Part shown: positions 1-9,275 of the stretch, piece by piece
Layout: each line of letters begins with the position of its first letter
How positions within the stretch are numbered: position 1 is the first letter of the stretch
Assembly (NCBI GenBank): GCA_021414235.1
Contig: JAIOOV010000003.1
Coordinates: 37,560 to 101,559, forward strand
Direction: 5' to 3'
Length of the DNA stretch: 64,000 nt
DNA from: Candidatus Parcubacteria bacterium
GTDB taxonomy: Bacteria; Patescibacteriota; Minisyncoccia; Phycocordibacterales; JAKFXT01
Made by a program: the position numbers and the translations under genes
Notes under the pieces: model-generated
What the model saw: the letters and a program-made list of their open reading frames with translations, nothing else
What the model was told of the DNA's origin: nothing
Databases searched by the model: none

Positions 1-533
1 TTATTTTGTTTTTTTACACACTGATCGGTATTGTCCAGAGTGTAGCCACTATCGCATTCACAGCTTTTGTCAGAATTATTGTAGCTAGAATAGAGACCAA
101 ATTTCGTATGACAAACACTGTCTCCATAAGTGCATTGACCTGACGAACCGATCACATAACCATAGCTACATTTACAGGAGTTACTTAGTGAATCATAGCT
201 TGAGTTATACCCCAATTGATCATGACACATACTGTCCGCGGACACGCAGCTGTTGCCACTTACCACATAACCAAAATTACATTTACATGATGAAATACCA
301 TCGTAATAAGAGTTTGAAGGACAGGTAGGCGTAGACAATGCGGCAGAGTTGTAACTTCCATAGGACGAACCTCCACATCCACTGGTATACCCCAAGTCTC
401 CGCAGACGTAACTTCCGGTATCCGATGGGCAACTATGCCACCGATGACACCCAGATTGGTGTGCAGATACTAGGATAGGAATACAAAAAAATAACGCTAA
501 AAAGATTGCTAAATGTATTAAATTTTTACCCAT
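1..533 (-). CDS. Secreted cysteine-rich repeat protein, 3'-truncated by the window edge (>=177 aa). It has an N-terminal signal peptide and three ~40-aa modules of the form C-K/E-C-x2-G-Y...C.
   Basis: ATG is the complement of 531-533 and the reading frame runs off position 1 with no stop, which explains its absence from the ORF track. Manual translation: MGKNLIHLAIFLALFFCIPILVSA|HQSGCHRWHSCPSDTGSYVCGD...SCKCNFGYVVSGNSC...SCKCSYGYVIGSSGQC...SCECDSGYTLDNTDQC. The region is visibly AT-richer than the rest of the window. Confidence 0.55.
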   Translation of the reverse strand, partial: MGKNLIHLAIFLALFFCIPILVSAHQSGCHRWHSCPSDTGSYVCGDLGYTSGCGGSSYGSYNSAALSTPTCPSNSYYDGISSCKCNFGYVVSGNSCVSADSMCHDQLGYNSSYDSLSNSCKCSYGYVIGSSGQCTYGDSVCHTKFGLYSSYNNSDKSCECDSGYTLDNTDQCVKKQN

Positions 534-579
534 ACTTTAACTAGAATGGTACGCCTTTCAAGCCTTACCGCAAGCACCT

Positions 580-813
580 CTAAAGGGAGCCAGGAACGAC
601 GCTTACTTCTTCAAATTTACCTTCTAGATCAGCTATTCTTTGATCAAGACTATTAAAATCATCTTTTAAGGTTTTTAATTCCGTCTTCTGAGCCTCCAAA
701 ACTGCTGGGATTCGATAGATACAGAGACCTACGAACAATGCGAGTACCGCCCACACCGGCCAACGGATTACTCGCCACACTTTTCCTAGCCATCCCCGCA
801 GGGACATATTCAT
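580..813 (-). CDS. Small membrane-anchored coiled-coil protein (77 aa), hypothetical.
   Basis: ORF track; one predicted TM helix (WPVWAVLALFVGLCIY) followed by a heptad-like segment (LEAQKTELKTLKDDFNSLDQRIADLEGKFEE). Confidence 0.4.
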   Translation of the reverse strand: MNMSLRGWLGKVWRVIRWPVWAVLALFVGLCIYRIPAVLEAQKTELKTLKDDFNSLDQRIADLEGKFEEVSVVPGSL

Positions 814-881
814 ATCCGAATCCTACCAGGCCCAGTTATCTAAAGACCAGCTACTTCTTCACACCACCTGTCTTATTCAGA

Positions 882-1346
882 TTAGGAAGCCCTTTTCAGC
901 GCCTCTCTAGCCAAAAACTTCATCTCGGGAATGAGAGCGTACTGCGGATCTTCCAACTCTTCTTCTGTAAACCAGCGAATCTGATCATGCTCCTCTTCTG
1001 CCAGTACCATCTTGTCCGACTTAGCGCGAGCAAAGTAGGCCAGAGAGATATGCCGATGGGTGTCATTGAAATGATGGATATCCATGTATGCAGGAGTAGG
1101 CAGGAGCTTCCTGCGAGAATCCGTAGGATATCCTTCCATCCTTTTGTCTCCGATGAGCTCAATCTCAAGGCCGCATTCCTCTTTTACCTCCCGATACAAT
1201 GTCTCTTCCGGGTCCTCGTCGAGTTCAACGTGCCCGCCGACAGGAAGCCAGAGCTGAGCCTTCTTATGAAAAATCATAAGCACGCGGTTTTCAAAGACGA
1301 TCCATATCGTCACCACAAAATCAATCTTCTCGTGTATATGAGCCAT
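882..1346 (-). CDS. NUDIX hydrolase.
   Basis: Nudix box GGHVELDEDPEETLYREVKEECGLEIE (GX5EX7REUXEEXGU). Confidence 0.85.
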   Translation of the reverse strand: MAHIHEKIDFVVTIWIVFENRVLMIFHKKAQLWLPVGGHVELDEDPEETLYREVKEECGLEIELIGDKRMEGYPTDSRRKLLPTPAYMDIHHFNDTHRHISLAYFARAKSDKMVLAEEEHDQIRWFTEEELEDPQYALIPEMKFLAREALKRAS

Positions 1347-1349
1347 GCG

Positions 1350-1763
1350 TTATATCTCCCCGCTTATCTTTAAGAAAAACTCTTTGTCCTTAGGATGAGT
1401 CAGTAAATCTGCCACCTTGTCCCTAGCCACCCATCTAGCTTCAGGATTATGCGGATCGATAGGCTTCAGCTCCAGCTGGCTCGTCCTAAACAAGAACATT
1501 ATTAGCGTCTTCAACTCCGTCTGATCGTCTTCCTTGCCGTCCTTACCAATCTTGAAGCGCTGATAGCTCCCGAGGTCACGTACAAATTCAAGCTCAGTAA
1601 CACCAGACTCTTCGTGAATCTCCCTCTTGGCTGTAGTGAGCGCATCTTCCCCGTCATCAATATGTCCCTTGGGGAGCGACCAGGAGACTCCTTTCTGATT
1701 CACCACTAGAACTTCTCCCTGAGGGTTCAGCACTACTCCACCTGCGCTCTGGGTTTCTCTCAT
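1350..1763 (-). CDS. NUDIX hydrolase, second tandem paralog.
   Basis: Nudix box PKGHIDDGEDALTTAKREIHEESGV. Start taken at MRETQ (residue 31 of the track ORF) because the longer ORF would overlap the secA C-terminus; the secA stop lies 2 nt upstream. Confidence 0.8.
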   Translation of the reverse strand: MRETQSAGGVVLNPQGEVLVVNQKGVSWSLPKGHIDDGEDALTTAKREIHEESGVTELEFVRDLGSYQRFKIGKDGKEDDQTELKTLIMFLFRTSQLELKPIDPHNPEARWVARDKVADLLTHPKDKEFFLKISGEI

Positions 1764-1765
1764 TA

Positions 1766-4288
1766 TTATTTCTTCCCTGCCATCAAGCGCTGATGCTCTT
1801 CGGTATTCAAATCTCCGCACTTCTTCCACTTCTTGCCCGATCCGCACGGACAAGGATCGTTGCGGCCAATCCTGTCTCCCTCAGGCGTGATGGCAGAAGA
1901 CGGCAGAGCAGCGCCGGAGCCGTCTTCTGCACCAATGCGCACGGCTTGCTCGTGTACTTCGCGGAGACGCGTATTCTCAGCCTCACGGAAAGCGCCAGAG
2001 GTCACGTGTACCAGGAGCTTGCGAGCCTCATCGTCGATGGACATCTCCAGAGTCTTGAAAAGGCGTAGACCCTCCTTTTTGTACTCAACCAAGGGGTCAC
2101 GCTGGCCGTAGGCGCGCAAATTGACACTGTCCCTGAGGTATTCCATCTGCTCCAAGTGATCCACCCAGAACATATCGATGGTCTGGAGGAGAAGCCGGCG
2201 TGCGCCTTCGCAGAAAGCATCCACTCCGATCTCCTCCTTCCTCTTCTCTATAGCCGCCTCGAACTCGGCGTCTCCCGCAGAGAGCATGGCCACCTCTTCG
2301 GATATCTCCTCTACAGATCCGGTCAAGAGACGATGACGGCGGGAGTAGATGGAGGTGCGCTGGTGATTGAGCACATCATCGAATTCGAGCACGTGCTTAC
2401 GAGAGTCGAAGTGGAAACCTTCGATCTTAGTCTGCGCTGCTTCGAGCGAGCGGGTGATGAGACCGTTCTCGATAGGTTCGTCCTCCGGGATGCCGAAGCG
2501 GCCCATCATCTTCTTGATGGTATCGGAAGCAAACACGCGCATGAGGTCGTCCTCAAGAGAAACGAAGAACTGTGTCTCGCCAGGATCACCCTGACGGCCG
2601 GAACGGCCGCGCAACTGGTTGTCGATACGGCGCGCCTCGTGACGCTCCGTACCGAGAACAAAAAGACCTCCGAGCGTTTTGACCTCCTCGTACTCCTCGG
2701 CTGTCGCCGGGTTCCCTCCCAGTTTGATGTCCACGCCGCGGCCTGCCATGTTGGTAGCGATGGTCACTGCGCTCTTGCGTCCCGCCTGAGCGATGATCTC
2801 ACCCTCCTTTTCGTGGTTCTTGGCGTTGAGGATGGTATGCGGCACGCCTTCCTGTCGGAGATATGCGGAGAGGAGCTCGTTCTTCTCGATGGAGACGGTG
2901 CCGATGAGGACCGGCTGCCCTTTGGCGGAGAGTTCCTTGATATGGCGAGCCACTGCACGGAACTTACCCTGTTCCGTCTGGAAGATGAGGTCGTTGTGAT
3001 CCTTGCGGATAGCCGGACGATTAGTGGGAATAGCTACCACATCGAGGCCGTAGACCTTGTAGAACTCCTCAGTAGAGGTCATGGCCGTACCCGTCATGCC
3101 CGAGAGCTTCTTGTAGAGCCTGAAATAGTTCTGGTAGGTGATGGAAGCAAAGGTACGAGACTCTTTCTGCACAGAGACACCCTCTTTAGCTTCGACTGCC
3201 TGATGGAGCCCCTCAGACCATCGGCGGCCTGGCTGTAGGCGCCCAGTGAACTCATCCACAATGACTACTTCCCCATCCTTGACCACATACTCCTTGTCCT
3301 TAGTAAAGAGCGCCTTGGCCCGCACCGCGGTCTCTAGATGGTGTACAAATTTCACCCCTCCTTCCGTATAGATATTCTCCACACCAAGGAGCTTCTCGGC
3401 TTTGGTGATGCCGGAATCCGTGAGCACGATCTGGCGACGCTTCTCATCCACTGTAAAATCCTCCTCTTTAGTGAGGCGCGAAGCGATGCCTGCAAAGGTG
3501 TGATAGAGCTGCTCGGAGTCCGAGGTGGGTGCGGAGATGATGAGCGGAGTACGTGCCTCGTCGATGAGGATGGAGTCGATCTCGTCCACCACCGCATAGT
3601 GGTGCCCCCTCTGGCGAAGCTTGCTCTGCTCATATTCCAAATTGTCGCGGAGATAGTCGAAACCAAACTCGCTATTGGTGCCATAAGTGATATCAGCCTG
3701 GTAGGCCTCGCGGCGAGTCACCGGACGTAGGAATTCGCTCACGATACGAAACGAGCCTTCTGCATCACGCTCCTTGTCGAGATCGCGATGATTGGGATCA
3801 TAGAGAAAAGAAGAGTCGTGCGCGATCACGCCGACAGAGAGCCCCAGGAAGGAATAGATCTGTCCCATCCACACTGCGTCACGACGAGAGAGATAGTCGT
3901 TCACCGTGACCACGTGCACGCCTTTGCCCGCCAAAGCATTGAGATATACCGGAAGCGTCGCCACAAGCGTCTTACCCTCGCCAGTGCGCATCTCCGCGAT
4001 GCCGCGGCGATGAAGGACTTGTCCTCCCATGAGCTGCGCATCGAAGTGACGCTGGCCCAGGGTACGCTTGCCCGCCTCCCGCACGAGTGCAAAAGCCTCC
4101 GGCAGGAGAATATCAAGATCCTCTCCCCCCTCGGCACGGACCCGGAGCGCGGCCGTCTTGTCCCGCAGGGCTCCGTCAGGCAGGGATGCTATCTCCGCCT
4201 CTAGAGCGTTGATTGTAGCCACGGCAGGGGCCAAACCGCTTACTTTGCGGGCATTTCCGTCAGTGAGACTCTGGAGCCAGGAAAACAT
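1766..4288 (-). CDS. secA: Preprotein translocase ATPase SecA.
   Basis: 840 aa, canonical SecA motor (MRTGEGKTLVATLP, DEAD-like motifs) and C-terminal zinc finger CPCGSGKKWKKC. Confidence 0.97.
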   Translation of the reverse strand: MFSWLQSLTDGNARKVSGLAPAVATINALEAEIASLPDGALRDKTAALRVRAEGGEDLDILLPEAFALVREAGKRTLGQRHFDAQLMGGQVLHRRGIAEMRTGEGKTLVATLPVYLNALAGKGVHVVTVNDYLSRRDAVWMGQIYSFLGLSVGVIAHDSSFLYDPNHRDLDKERDAEGSFRIVSEFLRPVTRREAYQADITYGTNSEFGFDYLRDNLEYEQSKLRQRGHHYAVVDEIDSILIDEARTPLIISAPTSDSEQLYHTFAGIASRLTKEEDFTVDEKRRQIVLTDSGITKAEKLLGVENIYTEGGVKFVHHLETAVRAKALFTKDKEYVVKDGEVVIVDEFTGRLQPGRRWSEGLHQAVEAKEGVSVQKESRTFASITYQNYFRLYKKLSGMTGTAMTSTEEFYKVYGLDVVAIPTNRPAIRKDHNDLIFQTEQGKFRAVARHIKELSAKGQPVLIGTVSIEKNELLSAYLRQEGVPHTILNAKNHEKEGEIIAQAGRKSAVTIATNMAGRGVDIKLGGNPATAEEYEEVKTLGGLFVLGTERHEARRIDNQLRGRSGRQGDPGETQFFVSLEDDLMRVFASDTIKKMMGRFGIPEDEPIENGLITRSLEAAQTKIEGFHFDSRKHVLEFDDVLNHQRTSIYSRRHRLLTGSVEEISEEVAMLSAGDAEFEAAIEKRKEEIGVDAFCEGARRLLLQTIDMFWVDHLEQMEYLRDSVNLRAYGQRDPLVEYKKEGLRLFKTLEMSIDDEARKLLVHVTSGAFREAENTRLREVHEQAVRIGAEDGSGAALPSSAITPEGDRIGRNDPCPCGSGKKWKKCGDLNTEEHQRLMAGKK

Positions 4289-4348
4289 CTACCTATGCTA
4301 GCACATTAGGCCTCACTCCCGCAGAAAAAGCGTACCTTCAGCAGAAAA

Positions 4349-4376
4349 GCAAAAACCCCCGTAAGGGGGCTCTTGC
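4349..4376 (-). terminator. Rho-independent terminator (minus strand).
   Basis: gcaaaaaCCCCCgtaaGGGGGctcttgc hairpin. On the minus strand it is followed by UUUUUGCUUUUCU. Confidence 0.5.
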
Positions 4377-4400
4377 TTGAAGTGAGAAACCGAAGAGAAT

Positions 4401-4505
4401 TTATCTCTTCTTCTTTGCGGCCTTCTTGGCCTTTTTCTTCTTTGCCATATGTTTGGTAAGAACTTTTTTAATAACTTTTCGTCCGCTGCCGACCTCTCGA
4501 TTCAT
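4401..4505 (-). CDS. Candidate 34-aa lysine-rich small basic protein (MNREVGSGRKVIKKVLTKHMAKKKKAKKAAKKKR).
   Basis: Manual translation; below the 60-aa cutoff of the ORF track; has its own downstream terminator at 4349-4376. Function unknown (ribosome or nucleic-acid associated peptide?). Confidence 0.25.
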   Translation of the reverse strand: MNREVGSGRKVIKKVLTKHMAKKKKAKKAAKKKR

Positions 4506-4618
4506 CCCGATGATTACAAAAATTGTAGGTACTGAGGATGAGGAGATTTTTAGAGCGAACGCTCTGTGCGTATTATCATACGCGACGCATCACACCGCAA
4601 TATTTTTTCACGCGAATG

Positions 4619-4627
4619 TGTGGATAA
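4619..4627 (+). promoter_or_regulatory. Perfect DnaA box (TGTGGATAA, equal to TTATCCACA on the other strand) in an AT-rich 400-bp intergenic region.
   Basis: Exact 9-mer, extended match TGTGGATAAC shared with sites at 53610 and 62748. Confidence 0.45.
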
Positions 4628-4657
4628 CTTCGTATAAAAAATAAAATAGAAAATATT

Positions 4658-4684
4658 TGTGCGTAAAAAAATATTTTACGCACA
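4658..4684 (-). terminator. Terminator hairpin downstream of murB.
   Basis: TGTGCGTAAAA-aaata-TTTTACGCACA, 11-bp stem, A/T-rich flank, 9 nt after the murB stop. Confidence 0.5.
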
Positions 4685-4692
4685 CGTAATTT

Positions 4693-5709
4693 TTATTTCT
4701 CTATGAAGCGAACTTCAGGTTCAAGCTCGATACCGCACTCTTCACGCACGCGTCGTATCACCTCTTCCGCAAGAACTCGCACCTCTTCCGCGCGTGCACC
4801 AGGCTCTGCAACTACAACAAATGCTTGTTTTTCAAAGAGACGCACGCGGCCTAAAGCATATCCGCGTAACCCCAGCACCTTATCCATTATCCAAGCAGCC
4901 GGCACTTTGACACCCGCAGTCTCCGGCATATCAAAAAGAGGCATCGAGGGATACCGAGCTTGGAGAGCCAGCGCTTCTGCCTTAGGCAATATGGGATTCT
5001 TGAAGAAAGAACCCGCCGTTCCCTCTTTGGAGAGATCCGGGAACTTCTCACGACGGATTTGAAGTACCGCTTCGCGAATATCAATAAGAGAAGGAGAACT
5101 CTCCCCAAAACGCACCGTCAGATCCTTATACGAAAGATTCGGTTGCGACTCCCGAGAGAGAGCGAACGAAGCCGAAAGGACGATGTGCGCTCCGCCATCA
5201 TGCTTGAAGAAACTGTCCCGGTAATCGAAAGAGCAGTCCTGTACTGAAAAAGTGCGAACCTGGCCACTCTTCGTATCGAGTACCTCAGCGCTCTCCAGTA
5301 CTTCAGAGATAGCCGCTCCGTAGGCGCCGATATTCTGAACAACCGCGCCTCCTACCGAACCAGGGACACCCGAGAGGTTCTCCAAGCCCCACAATCCCCA
5401 CTCGACCGTCCGTGCGACGAGCTCATCCCAGGAAACGCCTGCACCAGCACGCACGAGAGGAACACCATCTCTCTCCTCCAGGCGTATGCCGCCCATATCC
5501 ATCTTAATGACCAATCCGCGCCAACCTTCATCAGCGATGAGCACGTTGGAGCCGCCCCCGAGGATGAACATAGGGAGATTCTTCGACGCGGCAAAACGGC
5601 AGGCCTCCTCGAGCTCCGAGAGAGTAGCGGCTTCTACGAAAAAATCAGCCTTCCCGCCGATGCGGAAGGTGGTATAGGGGGCAAGCAGTACGTCAGAGAG
5701 AAGGCGCAT
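4693..5709 (-). CDS. murB: UDP-N-acetylenolpyruvoylglucosamine reductase MurB.
   Basis: LLAPYTTFRIGGKADFF FAD-binding N-terminus typical of MurB, 338 aa. Confidence 0.95.
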   Translation of the reverse strand: MRLLSDVLLAPYTTFRIGGKADFFVEAATLSELEEACRFAASKNLPMFILGGGSNVLIADEGWRGLVIKMDMGGIRLEERDGVPLVRAGAGVSWDELVARTVEWGLWGLENLSGVPGSVGGAVVQNIGAYGAAISEVLESAEVLDTKSGQVRTFSVQDCSFDYRDSFFKHDGGAHIVLSASFALSRESQPNLSYKDLTVRFGESSPSLIDIREAVLQIRREKFPDLSKEGTAGSFFKNPILPKAEALALQARYPSMPLFDMPETAGVKVPAAWIMDKVLGLRGYALGRVRLFEKQAFVVVAEPGARAEEVRVLAEEVIRRVREECGIELEPEVRFIEK

Positions 5710-5718
5710 AGGTTACGG

Positions 5719-5787
5719 CGAGATATGGCTCCCGGGTGCTAGCTCCAAAGAATATCTAATGTGAGTGCAGCCGGGAGCCATATCTCG
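5719..5787. promoter_or_regulatory. Perfect 17-bp inverted repeat (CGAGATATGGCTCCCGG ... CCGGGAGCCATATCTCG, 35-nt spacer) beginning 10 nt upstream of the murB start codon.
   Basis: Read directly from the sequence: arms at 5719-5735 and 5771-5787. A shorter palindrome GCTAACAcTTGTTAGC lies at ~5870-5886. Confidence 0.5.
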
Positions 5788-5828
5788 GCACAACTAGAGA
5801 CATGATAGCAAAAAACGCTCGGGCGCGT

Positions 5829-5850
5829 AAAAGCCCGCTTTCGCGGGCCT
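5829..5850 (-). terminator. Terminator hairpin downstream of the ligase-like gene.
   Basis: GCCCGC-tttc-GCGGGC with a U-run on the minus strand. Confidence 0.4.
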
Positions 5851-5929
5851 TTGCGCAGACATTCTTTTGGAGCTAACACTTGTTAGCACTCACTCATCCA
5901 TCATAGCTCAAAAGAGCCTTCCGTCAATC

Positions 5930-8089
5930 CTATTTACACTCCCTACCCGCCTGAATCTCGGTGATGTAGTAGGTCGCCTGATCTTTGTAGCTCGGTGCGA
6001 TCTCGATAAGCTTCTTGAGAGCCGCTACCGCATTCGTCCCCTGGGAAGCCTGGCAGTAGGCAGCGGCGAGCGTGAGGTAGCCTTGCGCATCGGGATTCGC
6101 TTGGATGCGGAGCTTCACCAATTCGAGCATCTTCCCGTACTGCTGCGTGTCTCCATACGCTTTCACCAGGCGGTCATCTCCTACGAACGGGGTACCGAAG
6201 CCCTCGGTAAGGACCTTGGTCGCGGTCGCATTGTCCCCCGCATAGATAAGACCCATGGCGTAGATGATGCGGGCGTCTCTAAAGCCAGGCTCGAGCTCAT
6301 ACGCCTCCTTGAAGGCAGCGACCGCTTTCGGGAAGTCCTTAGCGTTGAGATAGTTCGAACCGATTTCAAAGAGGATGGTCTGCTTGCGCGGAGAGAGTTC
6401 ATGGGCACGCTCCAGGTAGGGAACGGCTTCTTCGTGGGATCCATAGTTGTTAAGCATAGCCCCGAGGAAGAGTGGGTGGCGGGCATCGTTCGGTACTTCA
6501 CCGATCATCTTCACATATTCGGTACGGGCGAGGTCGAAGAACTCCTGCTTCACCGGAAGCGCGATATTGGCGTTCCTAAGCGCGCTAGTGCCCTGAGAGA
6601 GCTGTTCGCGGATCTCCTGGTCGCCGAAGCTTCCGTAGGCGAGCGCCTTCTTGAAGTAGCTGATATTAGTGGCCGGATCCGCCTGAGGAGAGATAGCCTT
6701 AATCAGTAGATTGCTCGCGAGTATCGGCCGCACATTGAAGAAGTAGAGTGAAGCAAACGCTGCGAGTACGATCGCAGAGACTGCCACCTGGTAGCGATAC
6801 CCTGTCTCCGGAGAAGCCGAGCGAGTATCAGAAGCCGGCAGGCTGCGCTCATGGAGATATGCGAGAAAGGCGACGAAGTAGAGATAGCTGATCAGGTTGT
6901 CGAACACAAAGAGGTTGTGCACGAAATATGCGAGAAGCATACCTGCAAGCACCGCACGTTCGGTGAACGGGAGATTGATCCTGCGGAAGAGCGCATAGAG
7001 CGCAGCGGCGAAGAGGGCGAGATAGCCGAGGAGACCGAGAGCGCCTCCGGCGATGAGCCAGTCGAAGAACACATTGTGCGTACGATCAAACCACTGCTCC
7101 TGGTCGTACATCTTGGGATCGTAGTACTTGTTGAAGACGTAATTGAAATTCTCCTGACCCCAGCCGAAGACCGGATTCTCCTTGAAGCCTTGGAAGGCCA
7201 TGTTCCAGACCAGGAAGCGGGCCTTAACCGTACCCTCCGTGAGAGAGATGGAAGCGAAGCGCTGGAGGACACTGCTCTTCTGGACAAGAGCTGTTTCCTT
7301 AAGGGCTAAGAAAGCACCTACCAAGACGAGGATGCTGACGATGGAACCGATAGCAACACGACGCAGCATGCGGTTGTCGCGTTCAAAGAGCGCGATGAGG
7401 AGCGCCGCGAAACCTACACCAGCGATAAGGCCAAGCATGGAGCCGCGGGTGCCAGTGTTGTAGAGCACGAAGATATTGAGGAGAGCGACGGCGCCATAGG
7501 CGTAGCGCACCCAGGCACCACCCTTGTGACGCAGGAAGAGGAAGGCTGCAAGGAAGATATGAAAGAGTGTGTAGACCGCGAGGTAGGTGGCATTACCGAA
7601 GGTACCATCGAGACGATCCGCGCTCTGACTGATCCCCACTGCACCAAAATACTGGAGGAATGCGTAGCCGCACATGAGCGCGTTCGCGACAAGCGACGTC
7701 TGGAACCATCTCTCCCAAAGAGCCTCACGATTAAGCACCGCTCCAAGCACCAGGAAGTAGGCGCCGAGATGGAGGAGAGTGATGTAGCCCTCCATGCGCT
7801 CGAAGTTACTCCAAAAACTCTTGGCGGGATTCTCCGCGAAGATAGTGGAGATACCCATAGTGAGGACGAGAGCGCCGAAAGAAGCCGCGATAGCGGAGAA
7901 GCGCGGACGGTACGTGACATCGCGAAGCGCGAGCACCGCCCAGAGCGCGAGCATGATCTCTATAAGAGCGCGGAAAGCGAAATTCTTACCAGTGATGTAC
8001 GGGAAGAAGAGCGAGGGAGTGACGATGAAGGAGATGAACGGTACGGCAAAGAGTCCGGTAAGGAGAGCGTAACGAAGGTAGCGATTCAT
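5930..8089 (-). CDS. Polytopic membrane protein, O-antigen-ligase (Wzy_C)-like, fused to a C-terminal TPR-repeat domain.
   Basis: About 12 predicted TM helices in the N-terminal 420 aa; C-terminal ~250 aa with TPR-like repeats (AYELEPGFRDARIIYAMGLIYAG..., SYKDQATYYITE). Confidence 0.75.
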   Translation of the reverse strand: MNRYLRYALLTGLFAVPFISFIVTPSLFFPYITGKNFAFRALIEIMLALWAVLALRDVTYRPRFSAIAASFGALVLTMGISTIFAENPAKSFWSNFERMEGYITLLHLGAYFLVLGAVLNREALWERWFQTSLVANALMCGYAFLQYFGAVGISQSADRLDGTFGNATYLAVYTLFHIFLAAFLFLRHKGGAWVRYAYGAVALLNIFVLYNTGTRGSMLGLIAGVGFAALLIALFERDNRMLRRVAIGSIVSILVLVGAFLALKETALVQKSSVLQRFASISLTEGTVKARFLVWNMAFQGFKENPVFGWGQENFNYVFNKYYDPKMYDQEQWFDRTHNVFFDWLIAGGALGLLGYLALFAAALYALFRRINLPFTERAVLAGMLLAYFVHNLFVFDNLISYLYFVAFLAYLHERSLPASDTRSASPETGYRYQVAVSAIVLAAFASLYFFNVRPILASNLLIKAISPQADPATNISYFKKALAYGSFGDQEIREQLSQGTSALRNANIALPVKQEFFDLARTEYVKMIGEVPNDARHPLFLGAMLNNYGSHEEAVPYLERAHELSPRKQTILFEIGSNYLNAKDFPKAVAAFKEAYELEPGFRDARIIYAMGLIYAGDNATATKVLTEGFGTPFVGDDRLVKAYGDTQQYGKMLELVKLRIQANPDAQGYLTLAAAYCQASQGTNAVAALKKLIEIAPSYKDQATYYITEIQAGRECK

Positions 8090-8159
8090 ACGAAAAAGTG
8101 AAGAAGATTAAGGCGACGCGTACGGAAGCCACTATACCAAGGCGGGATTGCTAAGACAA

Positions 8160-9275
8160 TTAAAGCAAAGCCTCGGCTTCTCGGATAACTTCTTTGGGGG
8201 TAACAGCTTCCGCCTGTCGGCGAGCCTCCTCCAAATTAAATACAGCAGCGTTCATGATATGAAGCATCGGCCGCTCCCGCTGCGGCACCACCACCCGATG
8301 CTTCACACCCTGCGGCGGCTGCTCATTCTCATCCATGGGACCCACGATATCTACCGTAGGGATGCCGAACGCCTCTGCGATATAGATCGGACCAGTGTCG
8401 ACACTGATGAAGAGCGAGAGTTCCCCGATGACCGCCTTCAGCTCTTCGAGCGAAAGCTTGTTTGAAAGATCAATAAGAGGAAGAGATGAGGGAAGAGCGG
8501 AGCGCATCGCCCGGACTTCCTCTGCGTCCCCCGCTCCTCCGATGAGGACGATGCGTCTGCCCGGGCGTTCTCCGAGCGCCTGAGCGACCTCCGCGAAACG
8601 CGCGCCTCCCCAGACCTTGGCCTTGTTCCCTACTCCGGGAGCGATTCCTATAAGCTTCTCGCCGCTCACCCCGGGAACCTCGAGCATGTACTTGGCATGA
8701 GTAGTCGCTTCTTCAGATACATATAGTTCTTTGCGCGTATCCTCAGAAAATATACCGAGCGGTTCAAGCAGACGCAGATATTCTCGCGGAGCGTAGGAGC
8801 CCATATGGTGCGGCGCCGTATCCACGGAACGCGCGAGGAAGCGATATGAGAGGGTCTCATACGGCGACCAGCCGTTCTCGATACGCGGCACGATGACCTG
8901 AGATACACGTGCGAAAAGAAGAGCTTGGAGCGACTCGTTGTCGGGGCCGGGCAGAATAGCTGCGTCCGGCTGTATCTTTGAAATAGACTCTATGAGAGCA
9001 GAGAGACCCGGCGGACGGACCAGATATTCATTGATGTGAGGATTCCCAGCGAGAAGTTCTTTATTCAGCGCATTCCCCATCACATACAGTGCGCATCTCG
9101 GATAACGCTCCTTGATCGCACGGAAGAGCGGCGTCGTGCAGACCATATCTCCCATCTTGGCTCCCTGGATCACCAGGATGCGCTGCGGATCCCCCGCTTT
9201 CTTTCTTCGGAAGAGGTAGACGAAGCTCGCCGCAAGAGCGAGCAGCCCATTCTGAACGCGGGTCAGGAAGATCAT
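8160..9275 (-). CDS. Glycosyltransferase family 9 (ADP-heptose:LPS heptosyltransferase-like).
   Basis: RILVIQGAKMGDMVCTTPLFRAIKERYP N-terminus and GT-B C-terminal half typical of GT9. Confidence 0.8.
   Translation of the reverse strand: MIFLTRVQNGLLALAASFVYLFRRKKAGDPQRILVIQGAKMGDMVCTTPLFRAIKERYPRCALYVMGNALNKELLAGNPHINEYLVRPPGLSALIESISKIQPDAAILPGPDNESLQALLFARVSQVIVPRIENGWSPYETLSYRFLARSVDTAPHHMGSYAPREYLRLLEPLGIFSEDTRKELYVSEEATTHAKYMLEVPGVSGEKLIGIAPGVGNKAKVWGGARFAEVAQALGERPGRRIVLIGGAGDAEEVRAMRSALPSSLPLIDLSNKLSLEELKAVIGELSLFISVDTGPIYIAEAFGIPTVDIVGPMDENEQPPQGVKHRVVVPQRERPMLHIMNAAVFNLEEARRQAEAVTPKEVIREAEALL

Noticed and set aside
2156-3238. 360-aa plus-strand ORF and other long antisense ORFs (e.g. 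36988..38547, 22364..23338, 5867..6709, 10451..11197, 12760..13566, 18715..19449, 60493..61113, 61114..62304).
   Set aside because: All lie antisense to well-supported conserved genes (secA, epimerase/sugar transferase, murC, ligase-like, asnB, GT4, ATPase, RNR). Their translations lack motifs; a high-GC genome gives long spurious antisense frames.
4289-4692. AT-rich 400-bp region as a candidate oriC.
   Set aside because: There is only one perfect DnaA box and one weak one. No dnaA, dnaN or gidA is nearby, and no obvious 13-mer DUE repeats. It is more likely a promoter/terminator region containing a small ORF.
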